DNA from: Sphyrna mokarran
Lineage: Eukaryota
Assembly: GCA_024679065.1 (NCBI GenBank)
Contig: JAGIQG010000040.1
Location: 7,502,001-7,566,000, forward strand
Direction of reading: 5' to 3'
DNA length: 64,000 nucleotides
The translations under genes were made by a program, and so were the position numbers. Numbering within the stretch: position 1 is the first letter of the stretch; the number at the start of each line of letters is the position of its first letter. The notes beneath the pieces are model-generated. The model made no database searches. It saw nothing but the letters and a program-made list of their open reading frames with translations, and had not been told where the DNA came from. This document shows, in pieces, positions 1 to 13,790 of this stretch.

Positions 1-210
1 GAGGGAGGTGGGCGTGTAGAATCAGCTGCCAGCTGTGTTTGTGGAGGCGGGTTTCACAGGGTTTTTAAGATACTTTTCGATAAGTACATGGAACTTAGTA
101 AGATGGAGGGTTATAGGCATGCCTAGTAGGCAGGGACATGTTTGGTGCAACTTGTGGGCCGAAGGGCCTGTTCGTGCTGTAGTTTTTTTTTCTATGTTTC
201 TATGTCTATA
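1..210 (+). mobile_element. CR1 LINE 3' end
   Basis: GGGCCGAAGGGCCTGT 3' UTR motif and TCTATGTT tail. Confidence 0.75.
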
Positions 211-349
211 TTCAGGTTGAGTAGGAGGTGAGTGACTATTTTTACAGAACATCTAGCTTGGTCAGAAAAATAACAATCTTCTCTGGGTTTGCAGCATTTT
301 CAAATAGTCAAATCAAATTAACATGTTCCTTGTACTGCCTGTTTCACTT

Positions 350-1260
350 TAAAAGAACAAAGAACAGAGAAAATTACAACACAGGGACAGGCACTTCGGC
401 CTTCCAAGCTTGTACTGATCATGTTGCCCTACCAAATCTCCTACTATTCCGAGGACCATATCCCTCTTTCTCATCCTATTCATTATTTGTTCAGACGCCC
501 CTTGAAATGTCCCTATCGTATCTACTTCTACTTCCTCCCCCAGCAGTGAGATGCAGGCACCCACCATCTTCGTTGTAAAAAAGTTGCCCCGTACATCTCC
601 TTTAAACATTGCCCCTCACATCTTAAATCTATGCCCCCTCATAATTGACTCTTTCACCCTGGGAAAAAGTTTCTGACTATCCATTCTACCCAAATCCTCA
701 TAATCCTGTAGATTTCTATCATTTCGCCCCTCAACCTCTGTCTTTCCAGTGAGAACAAATCAAGTTTCGCCAACGTCTACACATAGCTAATGTGCTCCAT
801 ACCAGACAACATCCTGGTAAATATTTCCTGTATCCTCGCCAAATCCTCCACATCCTTCTGGAAGTGTGGCGACCAGAATTGAAAACTATATTCCAAGTGC
901 GGCCTAATTAATGTTCTATAAAGCTGCAACATGACTTGCCAATTTTTAAACTCAATGCCCCAGCCAATGAAGGTAAGCATCCTGTATGATTTCTTGATTA
1001 ACTTCTGCAGCTGCATTGCTACGTTCGGTGATCTGTATACTTGTACATCCATATTCCTTTACCTATCAATTATCTTAAGAGTTCTGCCATTTTCCTATCT
1101 GTATTAGACCTTCCAAAATCCATAACCACATATTTGTCCGGAATTAAACTCCATCTGCCATCACTCCGCGCAAGTCTCCAATAGATCTATATCCTGCTGT
1201 ACCCTATGATGGTCCTTATCGCTATTGCAAATCCACCAATCTTGTGTTGTCCACAAATGT
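350..1260 (-). mobile_element. Degenerate CR1 LINE fragment
   Basis: ORF 777..1052 with RPHLEYSFQFWSP; CR1 tail near 350. Confidence 0.85.
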
Positions 1261-1369
1261 ATTAATCAACCTAAATTTACATTAATAAAAGCTTCTTATC
1301 TCAGTTATTTTTTTTCTCCTTGAATATTTCTCAACGATATTTTTCAACTGGACAATTCCATTATTCCTC

Positions 1370-2810
1370 CAGACTGGAGGATAGCGAATGTGGTCCCATT
1401 GTTCAAGAAGGGGAAGAGAGACTTTCCGGGGAATTATAGGCCAGTGAGTCTTACTTCTGTTGTGGGCAAAGTATTGGAGAGAATTATTAGGGATAGGATT
1501 TATAGTTATTTAGAGAGAAATGAACTGATTAGAGAGAGTCAGCATGGTTTTGTGAAGGGTAGGTCGTGCCTTACTAACCTTATTGAGTTTTTTGAGCAAG
1601 TGACCAAAGAGGTGGATTGGGGTAAGGCAGTTGATGTGGTATATATGGACTTTAGTAAGGCGTTCGATAAGGTGTCCAATGGAAGGCTTCTGCAGAAAAT
1701 GCAGAGGTATGGGATTGAGAGTGATTTAGCTAATTGGATTAGGAATTGGCTAGCAGATAGAAGACAGAGGGTGATGGTTGATGGAAGATATTCATCGTGG
1801 AGTTCGGTTACAAGTGGTGTACCTCAGGGATCTGTTTTGGGGCCCCTGCTGTTTGTAATTTTTATAAATGATCTGGATGAGGGTATTGAAGGATGGATTA
1901 GTAAATTTGCAGATGACACCAAAGTCGGAGGAGTGGTAGATAGTGAAGAGGGGTGTTATAGTTTGCAGAGAGACTTGGACAAGTTGCAGAGCTGGGCCGA
2001 GAGGTGGCAAATGGAGTTTAATGTGGAAAAGTGTGAGGTAATTCACCTTGGCAGGAATAACAAATGTGTAGAGTATAGGGCTAATGGTAGGACTCTTAAT
2101 AGTGTTGATGAACAGAGGGATCTTGGTGTATATGTGCATAGATCCCTGAAAGTTGGCAATCAAGTCGATAAGGTTGTTAAGAAGGCATACGGAGTCTTAG
2201 CTTTTATTGGTAGGGGGATTGAATTTCGGAGCCGCAACGTCATGTTGCAACTGTACAAAACTCTAGTGCGGCCGCACTTGGAGTATTGTGTGCAGTTCTG
2301 GTCCCCACATTATAAGAAAGATGTGGAGGCATTGGAGAGGGTACAGAGGAGGTTTACCAGGATGTTGCCTGGTATGGAGGGCAGGTCTTATGAAGAGAGG
2401 CTGAGGGATTTGAGGTTGTTTTCGTTAGAAAGAAGGCGGCTAAGAGGAGACCTTATTGAAACATATAAGATGATTAGAGGTTTAGATAGGGTGGACAGTG
2501 ATAGCCTTTTTCCTAGGATGGAGAAAGCTAGCACGAGGGGACATAGCTTTAAATTAAGGGTTGGTGGTTATAGGACGGATTTCAGAGGTAGGTTCTTTAC
2601 CCAGAGGGTGGTAAGGGTATGGAATGGCCTGCCTGCGTCAGTTGTAGATGCGCCAAGTTTGGTGGCATTTAAGAGGTTAGTAGATAAGTTTATGGACAAA
2701 AAGGGAATGGTTTAGGTTAGAGAGTCATTGCTTTTTCCTAATTAGTCGGTGCAACATCGAAGGAGGAAGGGCCTGTTCTGCGCTGTAATGTTCTATGTTC
2801 TATGTTCTAT
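1370..2810 (+). mobile_element. Young 5'-truncated CR1 LINE with open RT domain (ORF 1390..2715)
   Basis: [47 protein letters not shown]; (TTCTATG)n tail. Confidence 0.97.
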
Positions 2811-2919
2811 TACGTATGGGTGCTGATGGTGATTGGATAATACAGCTCAGGGGTACCAGCAAATGAACTCCTTATCGCATGGAAGTGTTGGTGCTTCGGT
2901 GACCATAAAGAACAGACGA

Positions 2920-5250
2920 TGTAAATGACAGGAAGCATGGTTTAGTATGGGGACGGTCATGTCTCACCAACCTGACTGAGTCTTTTGAAGAGATGACACG
3001 GATAAAGAGGAAAGGGTTGTGGATATAGTTTGAATGCAAATTGGCTTGATTGGATACAAAATTGGCTTGATGACAGTAGCCAGAGAATGGTTGAAGAGGA
3101 TCGTTTTTCAAATTGGGGGCCTGAGACCAGTAATGTGTCTCAGTGATCAGTGCTGAGTCCACTGTTATTTGTCATTTATATTTAAGATTTGGATGAAAAT
3201 ATAGCAGGCATGGTTAGAAAGACAACAAGATTTGTGGCATAGTGGACAATGAAGAAAGTTATCTCGGATTGCAACAGGATCTTAATCAACTTGGCCAGTG
3301 GGTTGACGAATAGCAGATGGAGTTTAATTTAGATAAATGCGAGAAGATGCATTTTAGGTAGGTTGAAGCTGGTGAGGAATTATTCAGTTAATAGTAGGGC
3401 ATTGGGGAGAGTTACGGTGAAAGAGATCCGGGGGTACATGTTCTTAGCTCCTTGAAAGTGGAGTCACATGTGGACAGAATGGTGAAGACGGCATTCAGCA
3501 TGCCTGATCACATTGGTCAGAACATTGAATACAGGACACCTTGTTGAAGTTGTACAAGACATGGGTGAGGCCACATTTGGAATACTGTGTACAGTTCTTG
3601 TCGCCTTAATGTCCTTAGAAAGGATATTATTAAACTCAAAAGAGTGCAGAAAAAAATTACTATGATGCTACTGGGACTTAATACTTTGAGTTATAAAGAG
3701 AGGCTGAATAGACTGGAACTCTTTTTTCTGGAGCATAGAAGATTGAGGGGTGATCTTATAGAGGTCTGTAAATTAGTGAGGGGCGTAAATTAGCTAGATA
3801 ATCAATATGATTTCCCAAAGGTCGGAGAGTATAAAACTAGAAGGCATAGATTTAAGGTGAGAGGGGAGAAATGCAACAGTGTCCAGAGGTACAAATGTTT
3901 CACACATAGGCTGAGGAGTTTCTTTAACAAACTGCCAGAGGTAGTAGTTTTCTTTTAAAAAAGCATTGAGACAGTTCCATGTGCAAAATGGGTATAGAGG
4001 AATATGGGTCAAATGCGGGCAATTAGGATTAGTTTAGGGGTTTTAAAAGAAGATTCACAGAATGGACAAGTTGGACCGAATGGCCTGTTTCCATGCTGTA
4101 AATCTGTATGATTCTAAGGCTTTAGAAAGCCATTTGACAAGATCCCACATGGCAGGCTGACATATAAACTAACACCACATGAGGTTCGAGGTTGGCTGGC
4201 AAGATTGATCCAGAACTGCCTTGACAGAAGATAGCAGAGAAAAAGTGTTTTATCTCAGATGGAGACACATAGCAAATAGTGTTCCGCAGTTCTCAGTGCT
4301 GGGACTCTATTGTTTATTGCGTATATAAATGACCCAGAGGAAAACGTGAGTGATTTGATCAGTAAGTCTGTGGATGAAAGAAGATTTGTGGAGTTGTTGA
4401 TGTTGAAGCAGATCGTCGAAGGATGCAGCAGACTATAGATAGATTGGAGATTTTGGAATAGAAATGGCAGAAGGAGTTTAACAAGAATAAATGCGAGGTG
4501 GTAAATTTTGGAGGATCAAATTTATGTGTGAATTATACTGTCAATGGCAAAATCTTTGGAACATTAACAAACAAAGCGATCTGAGCAAGTCCACAGTTCT
4601 TTAAAAGTGGCATTACAGGTGCCAAGGTGAGTTAAAAAGGCACATGGTTTGCCTTGAGCTGTTAAGGCATCGAGTATAAGAGTTGGCAAATCGTGTTGCA
4701 GTTATATAAAACCTTAATGGGCCGCAATTGGAGCATTACGTGAAGTTCTGGTCACAACACTACCACAAGGACGTGGGAACTTTGGATAGAGTTCAAATGC
4801 CTTTCACTATGATGTTGTCTGGCCTCGATGGTGTTGACTATAAAGAGGGATTCAATAAACTAGCATTGTTTTCGGCAGAAAGACGGAATCTGAGTAAAAG
4901 CCTGAAAAACGTCCACAAAATATGAGAGGCATACACATGCTGTATATACAGAGGCGTTTTGAAGGGGAAGTTAAAGAAGGGGAAAGTTTAAGGAAGATGA
5001 GTGGAGAAGATTTTTCATAATGCAGAGATGGCTGGGCGCTTGCAACGCATGCTAGAGGATTTGGTGGAAACAGGTACCTTAGAAACATTTAAGAGGCACC
5101 TACACTGATACCTGAATAGGGAGGATGCAGCGGGGTACGAACCGAGTAAGGACAAACATTTTTTTCTTAATTTAGAATACCGGAATGAGCATATACTTGG
5201 AGGGCCGAATGACCTGTTCCTGTGCTGTACTTGTCTGTGTTCTTTGTATG
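2920..5250 (+). mobile_element. Two tandem old CR1 LINE fragments (about 2920..4110 and 4120..5250)
   Basis: Broken RT and C-terminal frames (ORFs at 3587 and 4728), each ending in a CR1 3' UTR motif. Confidence 0.85.
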
Positions 5251-6699
5251 AAATTCCATCTTTGTGACTTTAAATATGCATTTAATAAACATTTCAATCT
5301 AAAATCTAGGACAGATCACCTTCCAAACGTAAACAAAACACAAAGTCTAGACTTTGGAGCAGATCAAAGGCACTAGCACTCGATTAAAAGTCAGAACTAC
5401 AATATTTTAATCATTTTCTGATATTTCTTTATTCTGCAATTTAATTTATTGGTATTAGAAACACCTACTATGTAGTTTAATGCTGCAATCTTCATCGGGT
5501 CACTTGCATTCCGAACTTTTGCAATGAAGCAAGCAGTAATGTTGTGGCTTTATGTTCTCCTAATGTAACCGTACGTGCTTGGACTTGTAGATAGTGAGTG
5601 CACAAACTTCAATGGGAAGTTCCTATTATTATTTAAAGAAACACATGCCATACGATTAAACCGTAAACATGAGCTGAGCAACACCTGTGTGAATGTATTA
5701 GTTACATTAAAGTTAATTAATGCAAAATAAAATACCAATGAATCATCTCCCTGGAGCTTGACATCGGGTGTAAAGGTAAACATTTCGGCGCTTCAGAACG
5801 CGATGAGAGCGTTTTAATAACATGGACGCAACATCAGAAGATCTGGGCTTTGCCAGTCACTATCCGGTACTTGCAACTATAGGGATTCCAGAAAAAAGAT
5901 TGCGGTTGCTTAGTAACTGAGTGAATTAATGTTTATCTGGATCAATGTTCGCATTCTACCAACAGCGCTTCTGCATTGTCAATATATCGTTTCTCCCAAA
6001 TAATGGGTGAAATTTAACTTCTCGACTGATGTGATGTTTTCTGCATAAGTGGAATCTATTACAGTACAACATTTCCACTTAAAAACTGTCTGTGCATTCA
6101 TTGTCTATATGTCCAACGAAGTACGGCTACATTAGCAGCGCATAAAGCCAAAACGTCACTGCTTGCCACAGTGCAAACGTTCTGCGTGCAAGTGACCTGA
6201 TGAAGGTTGCAACATTAAATTTCATAGCAGCTATTCCTATACCAATAAATGAAATTGCAGTTTAACAATGTTAATTTTACAATGTAACATCTGATGCAAC
6301 ATCCAGGTATAAATGCTATGCTCACATCACATTAGCCTTGATTCTTCACCAGTTTAGCAGCAGAGTTGCTTCACATTACCTCTTTATTCTATTTTCCTTA
6401 ACTGTATTTCACATTCCTGTATTTAGTTGCTTAAATGATATCATTGATCCCTTTTCCATTGACATCACGGTGTAAATGTAGTTCCATTGCTCTCTTTGCA
6501 CGATTACAGCGGCTAAATTTGCACACTGTTGTGAAGCTTTAAATGCAGTTCATCTGACTGATTCATAATACAAGAAGTGTGTTAAATGTGCTGCATACAC
6601 TGCACTCAATTCGGTATCTGATGCAGACCTCGGATTTAACAATGCATGCTATGAAAAGGAAGTCCGTACGAAAATGTTAACTCTTCATCCATGGTCAAC

Positions 6700-7245
6700 A
6701 AAGTCTGATATGTCTCTACACCCCACTCACTCGTTATTTCGCCATTACTTTTGATTTCCTTACCATCCAAAAATATTTCTGTCTTAAACGCACTCAATGA
6801 TCTGGCCTTCACAGTTTTATCTGGCAAAAAAAAATCTCAGGTTCTCCCCCTCTGAGTGACGAAAATCCTCCACATCTCAGTTGTAAAGCGTCGTCTCTTT
6901 ATCCTGAGTCAGTGCCCTATGATCCAAGTCTCTCTTACTAATGGGAACTTCTTGGCCACGTCCACTCTCTCACACTCTTTCATTATTCTGCAAGTTTCAA
7001 TGATGTCCTCCTTCATCTTTCTAAGACACATTGAGTACAGTTCCTCAGTCCACAAACTCTCCTCAGATGTCAATCTTTTCTTCCCCGGGATCATTCTCTT
7101 GAATTTCCTCTGCACCCACACAAGGCCAGCATATCCTTCCTTCAATAAAGAGACTAAAATTTCTCATAATTTTCTACATTTGGTCTGACCAAACTTTATA
7201 AAGCCTCAACATTATATCACTGCTTCTACATTCTAGTCCCCTCAA
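6700..7245 (-). mobile_element. Old CR1 fragment
   Basis: ORF 6909..7145 resembles the CR1 ORF2 C-terminus. Confidence 0.75.
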
Positions 7246-8204
7246 ACATAGACCCCCCCCCCAACCACAACACCCCCTCCCCCACCCTTCCGGGACCTTC
7301 CCCTGACCAGCAAATGCAGACCGTGACAATCCCACATCATCAGTTACTGACGTTTAGGTGTTCTGTGGGTTTATGGCAGCTAATTCGGCAAACTTTTGCA
7401 GTGGCTGAGCTTCCATGTAGAGGACATTATTGTTCTTATACTTTATCCAGGGAGAACACACAATTAGAATTGCATCAGTGTAGGAGAATAAAAGCGTCAA
7501 TGCCTGGCTATAAACAAAAAAGGAGTGTTTAGAAGATAATTCTAACCATCATAGAGGGAATTGGATGCAATTCATCCAAGGTTTGTGAGGATGGTTGTTT
7601 GAATGAAGGTGTTGTCTAAAGAAGAGAAGTTGAGCAGTTTCCGTAAAAGGGTATTGAAGCTTAGAAGAATGAGTGTTTTATTATATTGAAAAGCAAAATG
7701 TTTTGTTGCGGATGTTGTCCGTCGTGTGGAAATCTAGAGCTCGGGATACCATTTTATAATGAAACACCGGGTGTCGATTTGAAATCACAAACACTTCCAA
7801 AACTGTTTAGTGTATCCACAGTTCTACTCTTTCCATAATATATTCAGGCACATAGTGAGCATGGGGGAACCTCGAGGGAGCATCAGTGACCATGGTGGTG
7901 ATGTTTAAATGTTGTTTAATAACACTGCCCAAGGCAACTTCCATCAGGAATTGGTGATCATGACTAGACTTGTGCAGTGGTAACTTTAGAGACATGAATT
8001 AACCCATTCAGGTGGCGACATTGTTGAATTTGTACTGATGATGATAAAGCTATCACGCTGATTGAGATATTTTCTGCTCAGAATTTCATTGTGTGAAAGT
8101 GGATACCTACATCCTGAATATCATCATATTTTAATGAACTTCTCAACAGTGAAATTAACTAGGATAAACTGACACATTCCACATTCCAGTAACTGCTGAC
8201 TGAA

Positions 8205-8430
8205 CGGGGCGGCACGATGACACAGTGGTTAATACAGTTCGATTTTGACTTGGGTCACTGTCTATTGAAGTTCGCACATTCTCCTCGTGTCTGCCTTGGT
8301 TTGCTCCGCGCGCTCCCGTTTCCTCTCACAGTCCGAAAAACGTTAGGTGAATTGGCCATGCTATACTCTCCCTCAGTGGGCCCGAGCGGAGTGTGGGGAT
8401 TAGCGAATTTTCACAGTAACTTTCTTACAA
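8205..8430 (+). mobile_element. tRNA-derived HE1/V-SINE-like SINE
   Basis: GGGGCGGCACGATGACACAGTGGTTA head and GTTCGCACATTCTCCTCGTGTCTGC core. Confidence 0.7.
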
Positions 8431-8969
8431 ATGCTAACTAAACATACTCTTGATACGAAAAAAAACTTCTATAAAAATTAAACAGTTCTTGTCAAATTAG
8501 CATATAAATGTGAAGAACATTTCCTCTCCCCATAAATCTTACCCTGCTCGGCCTCCATAACCTCAATATTGCTAAATTAGATCTATAGATACCGAAAATA
8601 ACTGGGCTGAACGAGCCATCAACACTGAATGTAAATGCCATGATCTGCACTTGGATCTGCTCGTACTGAATGGAAACGTGCTCAATTGGTCCAGACTACA
8701 CTGACTTAAGGGAGACAGTACTGAGGTTAAGAGTGCGAAGTCGACCTGTTCGCGACTGTATGAAAAAGTGCTGTTATAAATCAGGTCCGCAGTGAACGGA
8801 AACACATCAAGCTGAATTTATACCAGTATACACTAAAGTTACAGAGGTGGACAGTGCATAGTGTTACAGAATATAACTGTGCTAAGGTGGGCATGATCAT
8901 TTAAAGTGTAACATTCTGGAGAAAAATGTTCTTCATGTATGACAGCGTGTGTGCAGAAAGAAACAGACT

Positions 8970-9990
8970 TAGAACAAAAAACAAAGAACAAAGAGCAACA
9001 CAGCACTGGAAACAGGCCCTTCGGCCCAACGAGCCCGCGCCGCCGTCCTAACGTCTTAATGACGTCCATGACTTTAGGCCATGCCTATTGTGGAAGATTC
9101 CATATAGGGACCAATATAGGGACAATTTGTTACCCAATCAGCCTAAGAGCACATTTTTGGGATATGGGAGAAAACCGGAGCACCCGGAGAAAACCCACGC
9201 AACCACGGGGAGAACGCGCAAACTCCCCCAGACACAGGACCAAATCGATGTGTCTGCACAGCAACAGCGATAGTCTCTGAGCTGTCATGTTGCCTATCAG
9301 ATGGTCCAGTTTAAGCATACACTAACGACTTGAAGCACTAGGCCACTCCTGAAGCAGCATCCAAGAGCAGCCCTCGCACGACCTGCCGAATGCATGCACC
9401 TTGTTGGTCAACAAGGTGGACCGAATTGCCTGTGGAAACAAATAAGATATTTAGACAGTCCTGCTATATCCCTCTATCTGCAGACCGCTCATGTGGCTGT
9501 CCAAGAGACCCTTAAACAACCCTGCCTGCTCCCACCACCTTACTCGGCAGTGCATTCCACACCCCCACTACCCTTTGTGTGAAAAACTGCCCTCTAATAT
9601 TCGTCTTATACATAGCCCCCCTCACCCTAAGGCCATGACCCCTCGTTCTATCCATTTCTAATGGTGGAAAAAGCTTACCACCATTTGCTCTCTCTATACC
9701 CCTTATAATGTTATATACCTCTACTAGATCCCCTCTCAGCTGACGTCTTTCAAGGGAAAACAAGCCCAGTGTGTTCAATCTTTCCTCGTAAGACAGCCCT
9801 TCCATACCAGGCAGCATCCTGGTAAATCTCCTCTGCACTCTCTCCAAGGCCTCCACATCCTTCCGGTAGTACGGCGACCAGAACTGGATGCAGTACTCTA
9901 AGTGAGGCCTAACCAACGTTCTATACACTTGCAACATCAGACTCCTACTCTTGTATTCTATACCCCTTCCTATGAAGGCTAACATACCAT
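8970..9990 (-). mobile_element. CR1 LINE with long 3' UTR containing a SINE body (copy 1)
   Basis: ORF2 C-terminus (within ORF 9512..10039), then unique UTR, V-SINE-like segment (~9130..9295) and CR1 tail. Confidence 0.85.
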
Positions 9991-10593
9991 ACGCATGGTA
10001 TGTATGCCATACGCATACCATACCATACCAACTTAACATGTTGAATCCAGCATGACTCTTCTTCGGAACTGCTCTGCTGCACAGGGTCTGTTCAATGGGA
10101 GATTCAGCTGTTCACCGTGAACTGAATGTATCCACATGATTCTGACCTGAGCAAGTCCACTGGGAATCGAATTATGAAGAAATTGGCCTGTGATCACGAA
10201 TTGTAATCACATCCAATCGGGACCTGCACGTAACTAATTTGTGTACAGAGAGATTTCAAACAGTAGTGCACTGGATTTGTGACCACAAGGAAGGAAAAAT
10301 ATCAAGGGTGAAAAGCTGCTTATGTTGTTTCAGCACAACTTAAATTTCTCAGAGTGGTCTGTAATAGAACATTCTGCTTTGATATGAAGGCCATATTCCG
10401 GCAGTAAGTGCACAGAAGACTAAAAGATAAATTCACAATCCCTGGATGCTTCAATTTTAAAAATCATGAAGAACATTATGTTCCATGAACTGTAAGAAAA
10501 AAAACAAAATGCAAAAGCTGTGCAGATACGTATTTCGCAATAAAGGCAATTAACGTTAAACATTGCATAATGTCCCAGGAGCCTACCGTCAGG

Positions 10594-10599
10594 TATAAA
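10594..10599 (+). promoter_or_regulatory. Candidate TATA box of the GPCR gene
   Basis: TATAAA 57 nt upstream of the ATG; position only. Confidence 0.4.
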
Positions 10600-10650
10600 T
10601 GTAACCGTTTTAAATCACAAAGCAGACGCTGGTCACAACCTCTGATAGAA

Positions 10651-10720
10651 ATGCATGGAGTAACAACAGGTCTGTTCTTTGCGATTTACTACCCTGTTCT
10701 TGCAGCTATCGGGCTTCCAG
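10651..10720 (+). CDS. GPR139/GPR142-like GPCR, coding exon 1 (MHGVTTGLFFAIYYPVLAAIGLP)
   Basis: ATG at 10651; 23 codons + 1 nt, then donor CAG|GTAAAG at 10721. The 'IYYPVLAAIGLP' TM1 start joins exon 2 in phase 1 (G+CT=Ala, then Asn-Leu). Not in the ORF track. Confidence 0.85.
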
Positions 10721-11694
10721 GTAAAGTGTTATAGATAATAGTTGGTGAATTGTTGGTTGGCTGCATCAGCTCTCTCATTGAACCACTCGCACTTCTTGCG
10801 TTGTAGATTCGTTTTCTCTTGAAAAATGACTTATGAGGGGAGAATAAATAGTTTGGGCTTTTCTTGCTGGAGCTGATGGAGGTGTATTAAATTTTGAAAG
10901 GGATTATTTTTTCATTTGGACCAAATGTTTCCTCTTGCGGTGCAATCTAGAACAAGAGGTCTCAAGGATAGATTGAGAAGTGGTAGTTTTAAAACTAAGA
11001 TTAGCAGCAATTATTCCTCGCACAGGATGGTGACTTTGTGGAGTTCCCTGTCCAGTAGCGTGATGGAGTCTGAATTGTTGAATGGTTTCAACTGAAAAAT
11101 AGACATATTTCTACTAAAAAGAAAGATTAACAGATATGGGGAACAGGTGGGAGGATGGATTTGAGACCAGGGAGACACCAGCTATTAAATGGTGGAGCAG
11201 GCTTGAAGGGTAAAGTTTGATTACATCCGCATCTAATTCCTATGTTTTGAATCTCTTGCGTTCTCATTTTGTTTCAAATTTCAATCCCCTTAATAGGTAA
11301 AAGGTGCTAAAAGTATAACTTCTAAGTTCTGCTCTTTTATGGTACGTACATTTCAAGCTTTAAGGTTCTTACTTTGTTGTACTAAGAGCATGGGCCAAAA
11401 CCTTCCTAACAGGGTCAGAACCCCAGTTTATAATCCTGACCAGATATCATGTACACACACATGATCCTTCGATTTTTTGCATTGTCTTCTGGTGGAGAAT
11501 TTGTTGATAAAAGTGACGAATCTTGCAAATTTTGAAAGAGCAGCTCTGCATCGAAGCCAACATTTCTTTACTGGGCTGGGCTAGTTTTCCCTTAGGTAGA
11601 GCGTTTAAATTATCCAAACGTTCATTGAGATCTGCGCAGTCAGTGTATGCGTTTAAGTGTAAGGAGGGAGGGCGGGTAATTTTAACTCAAAGTT

Positions 11695-12310
11695 GATGAC
11701 ATATAGAAAGAGCCCCAGAGAGCAGTGACGTTTATAGAAGGAAGTTCAAACTTTCATGGAATGCCCTAGTGAATTACTTCGTTGGGTCTTCTAACTAATA
11801 TTTCTGGTAATAAACGTATATATCTGTTTAGATTGATTTGGGTTGGATAAGGGAGTAGAATGGGTAATACATATCAAAAAGCAGAATAGGTGGTAAATGG
11901 GGTACGATGGTTAAAGAAATAGGTTAAGAATGCAAGATTCCAGCTGTCTGGAGTTGTCTGCCTGATCGGGCAGGGATCAGTAATCTGCGTGATTTGGGGC
12001 TGTCGAGGTGGCGAGACTAGTAAAGCCGTTTTGGGGTCAGAATTATGTTACTGATGGGATTCGGCCGATGCTAAGGAGGTGGCTCCTGTATCGTTAACCA
12101 GAAGCTCGACTGGGAGATATATGTCTAACATTTCTACCGTAAATATCCAGATCCATAAGATGATAACTGTCTAAAGATGCCGATTCTAACTTGATGGCAT
12201 ATAGAGAGTCTCAGAGAGCAAGGACGTTTCTAGAAGGAAGTTCAAACTTTCATGGAGTGCCCTATTGAATTGCTTTGTTCGGTATTTCAACTAATTTCTG
12301 AGGTAATAAA
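11695..12310. repeat. Diverged ~115-bp direct repeat (11695..11811 and 12193..12310)
   Basis: Shared core TAGAAGGAAGTTCAAACTTTCATGGA and colinear flanks. Confidence 0.8.
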
Positions 12311-13610
12311 AAACAAGGAACAAAACAGCACGGGAAACAGGCCCTTCGGCCCAACGAGCCCGCGCCGCCAACCGCATGTTCCCACCTCTACCCGTGATTC
12401 CTGTCTATGTTTATAGATCTATGGATTAAAAACCAAATTTGAGACAATTTAGGGAGAATTTGTTTTGCCAATTAGCCTAAGAGCACATCTTTGGGACGTG
12501 CAAGGAAACCGGAGCACCCGGAGAAAACCGACGCAAGCACGGGGAGAATGTGCAATCTCCCACAGACACAGGCCCAAATCCATGTATCTGCACAGCACAG
12601 CGATAGTCACTGAGCTGTCGTGTTGCCCATCAAATGGCCCAGGTCAAGCGTACACTAACGACGTGAAGCACTAGGATACTCTCGAAAAAAATCCAAGAGC
12701 AGCCCTCTCACGACCCATCGCGTGTATGCCCCTTGTTAGACAAGGTGGACCAAAGCACCTGTAGGATAAAAACAAGTACATCAATATCATCATCTATTTA
12801 CACACTTCACAGGGACTCCCAAGGCTCATGATCACTATTTTAAATCAGTTTTCTATACCCCTCCATTCCCATTCTGTTCATGTGCCCATCTAAGTATTTC
12901 TTAAATAACTCCAGAGTACCTGCCTCCACCACTTTACTTGGCAGCGCATTCCATACCCCCACCACCCTCTGTGTGAAAAAACTCCCTCTAGCATCCAAAT
13001 TATACCTTACCCCCCTCACCCTAAGCCTGTGACCCCTCGTGCTATTTGAGTCCATCCTAGGAAAGAGCTTAACCCTGTTTACTCTATCTATACCCCTCAT
13101 AATCTTGTACACCTCTATTAGATCTCCTCTAAGTCTACGTCTTTCTAAGGAAAACAGTCCCAATTTGCCTAACTTCTCCTCGTAACTCAGAGCTTCCATA
13201 CCAGGCAGCATCCTGGTAAACCTCCTCTGCACTCTCTCCAGAGTCTCCACGTTCTTCCGGTAGTAAGGCGACCAGAACTGGATGCAGTATTCCAAATGAG
13301 GTCTAACCAATGTTTTATACAACTGCAACATTAAAGGCCAGCTCTTGTACTCTATACCTCTTCCTATAAAGGCTAGCATACCAGATGCTTTCTTCACAAA
13401 CTTCTCCACCTGCTCTGCCACTTTCAGAGACTTGTTCACCTGCACCCCCAGGTCCCTCTGCGTTTCTAGACTCTTAATAGGTCTACCCTTTATCATATAC
13501 CTCACCCCCTACATTCTTTCTCCCGAAATGCATCACCTCACCTTTATCAGGATTGAATTCCATCTGCCATCTATCTGCCCAAGCTACCAGCCTATCTATG
13601 TCCTGCTGCA
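12310..13610 (-). mobile_element. CR1 LINE with long 3' UTR containing a SINE body (copy 2), in the GPCR intron
   Basis: ORF 12840..13505; UTR colinear with 8970..9460. Confidence 0.88.
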
Positions 13611-13613
13611 TCA

Positions 13614-13790
13614 TAGAACATAGAACATAGAACATAGAACATTACAGCACAGAACAGGCCCTTCGGCCTTCGATGTTGTGCCGACCAAAATAAAAGCAAT
13701 GCCCCTCCAAACTAAACCATTCCCTTCTCTTCCATATACTTATCAATTAACCTCTTAAACGCCACCAAACTTGGTGCATCTACGACAGCA
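13614..13790 (-). mobile_element. Young CR1 3' tail fragment
   Basis: (CATAGAA)n and 3' UTR near-identical to 43852..44010. Confidence 0.9.

Noticed and set aside
1390-2715. 441-aa reverse transcriptase ORF (and similar ORFs) as a host gene or prokaryote-type RT system
   Set aside because: It is the 5'-truncated ORF2 of a multi-copy CR1 LINE with the typical 3' UTR and tail.
6304-6315. CAGGTATAAATG identical to the GPCR TATA context (10590..10601), suggesting a second promoter or paralog
   Set aside because: No exon-1-like coding sequence follows; probably chance.
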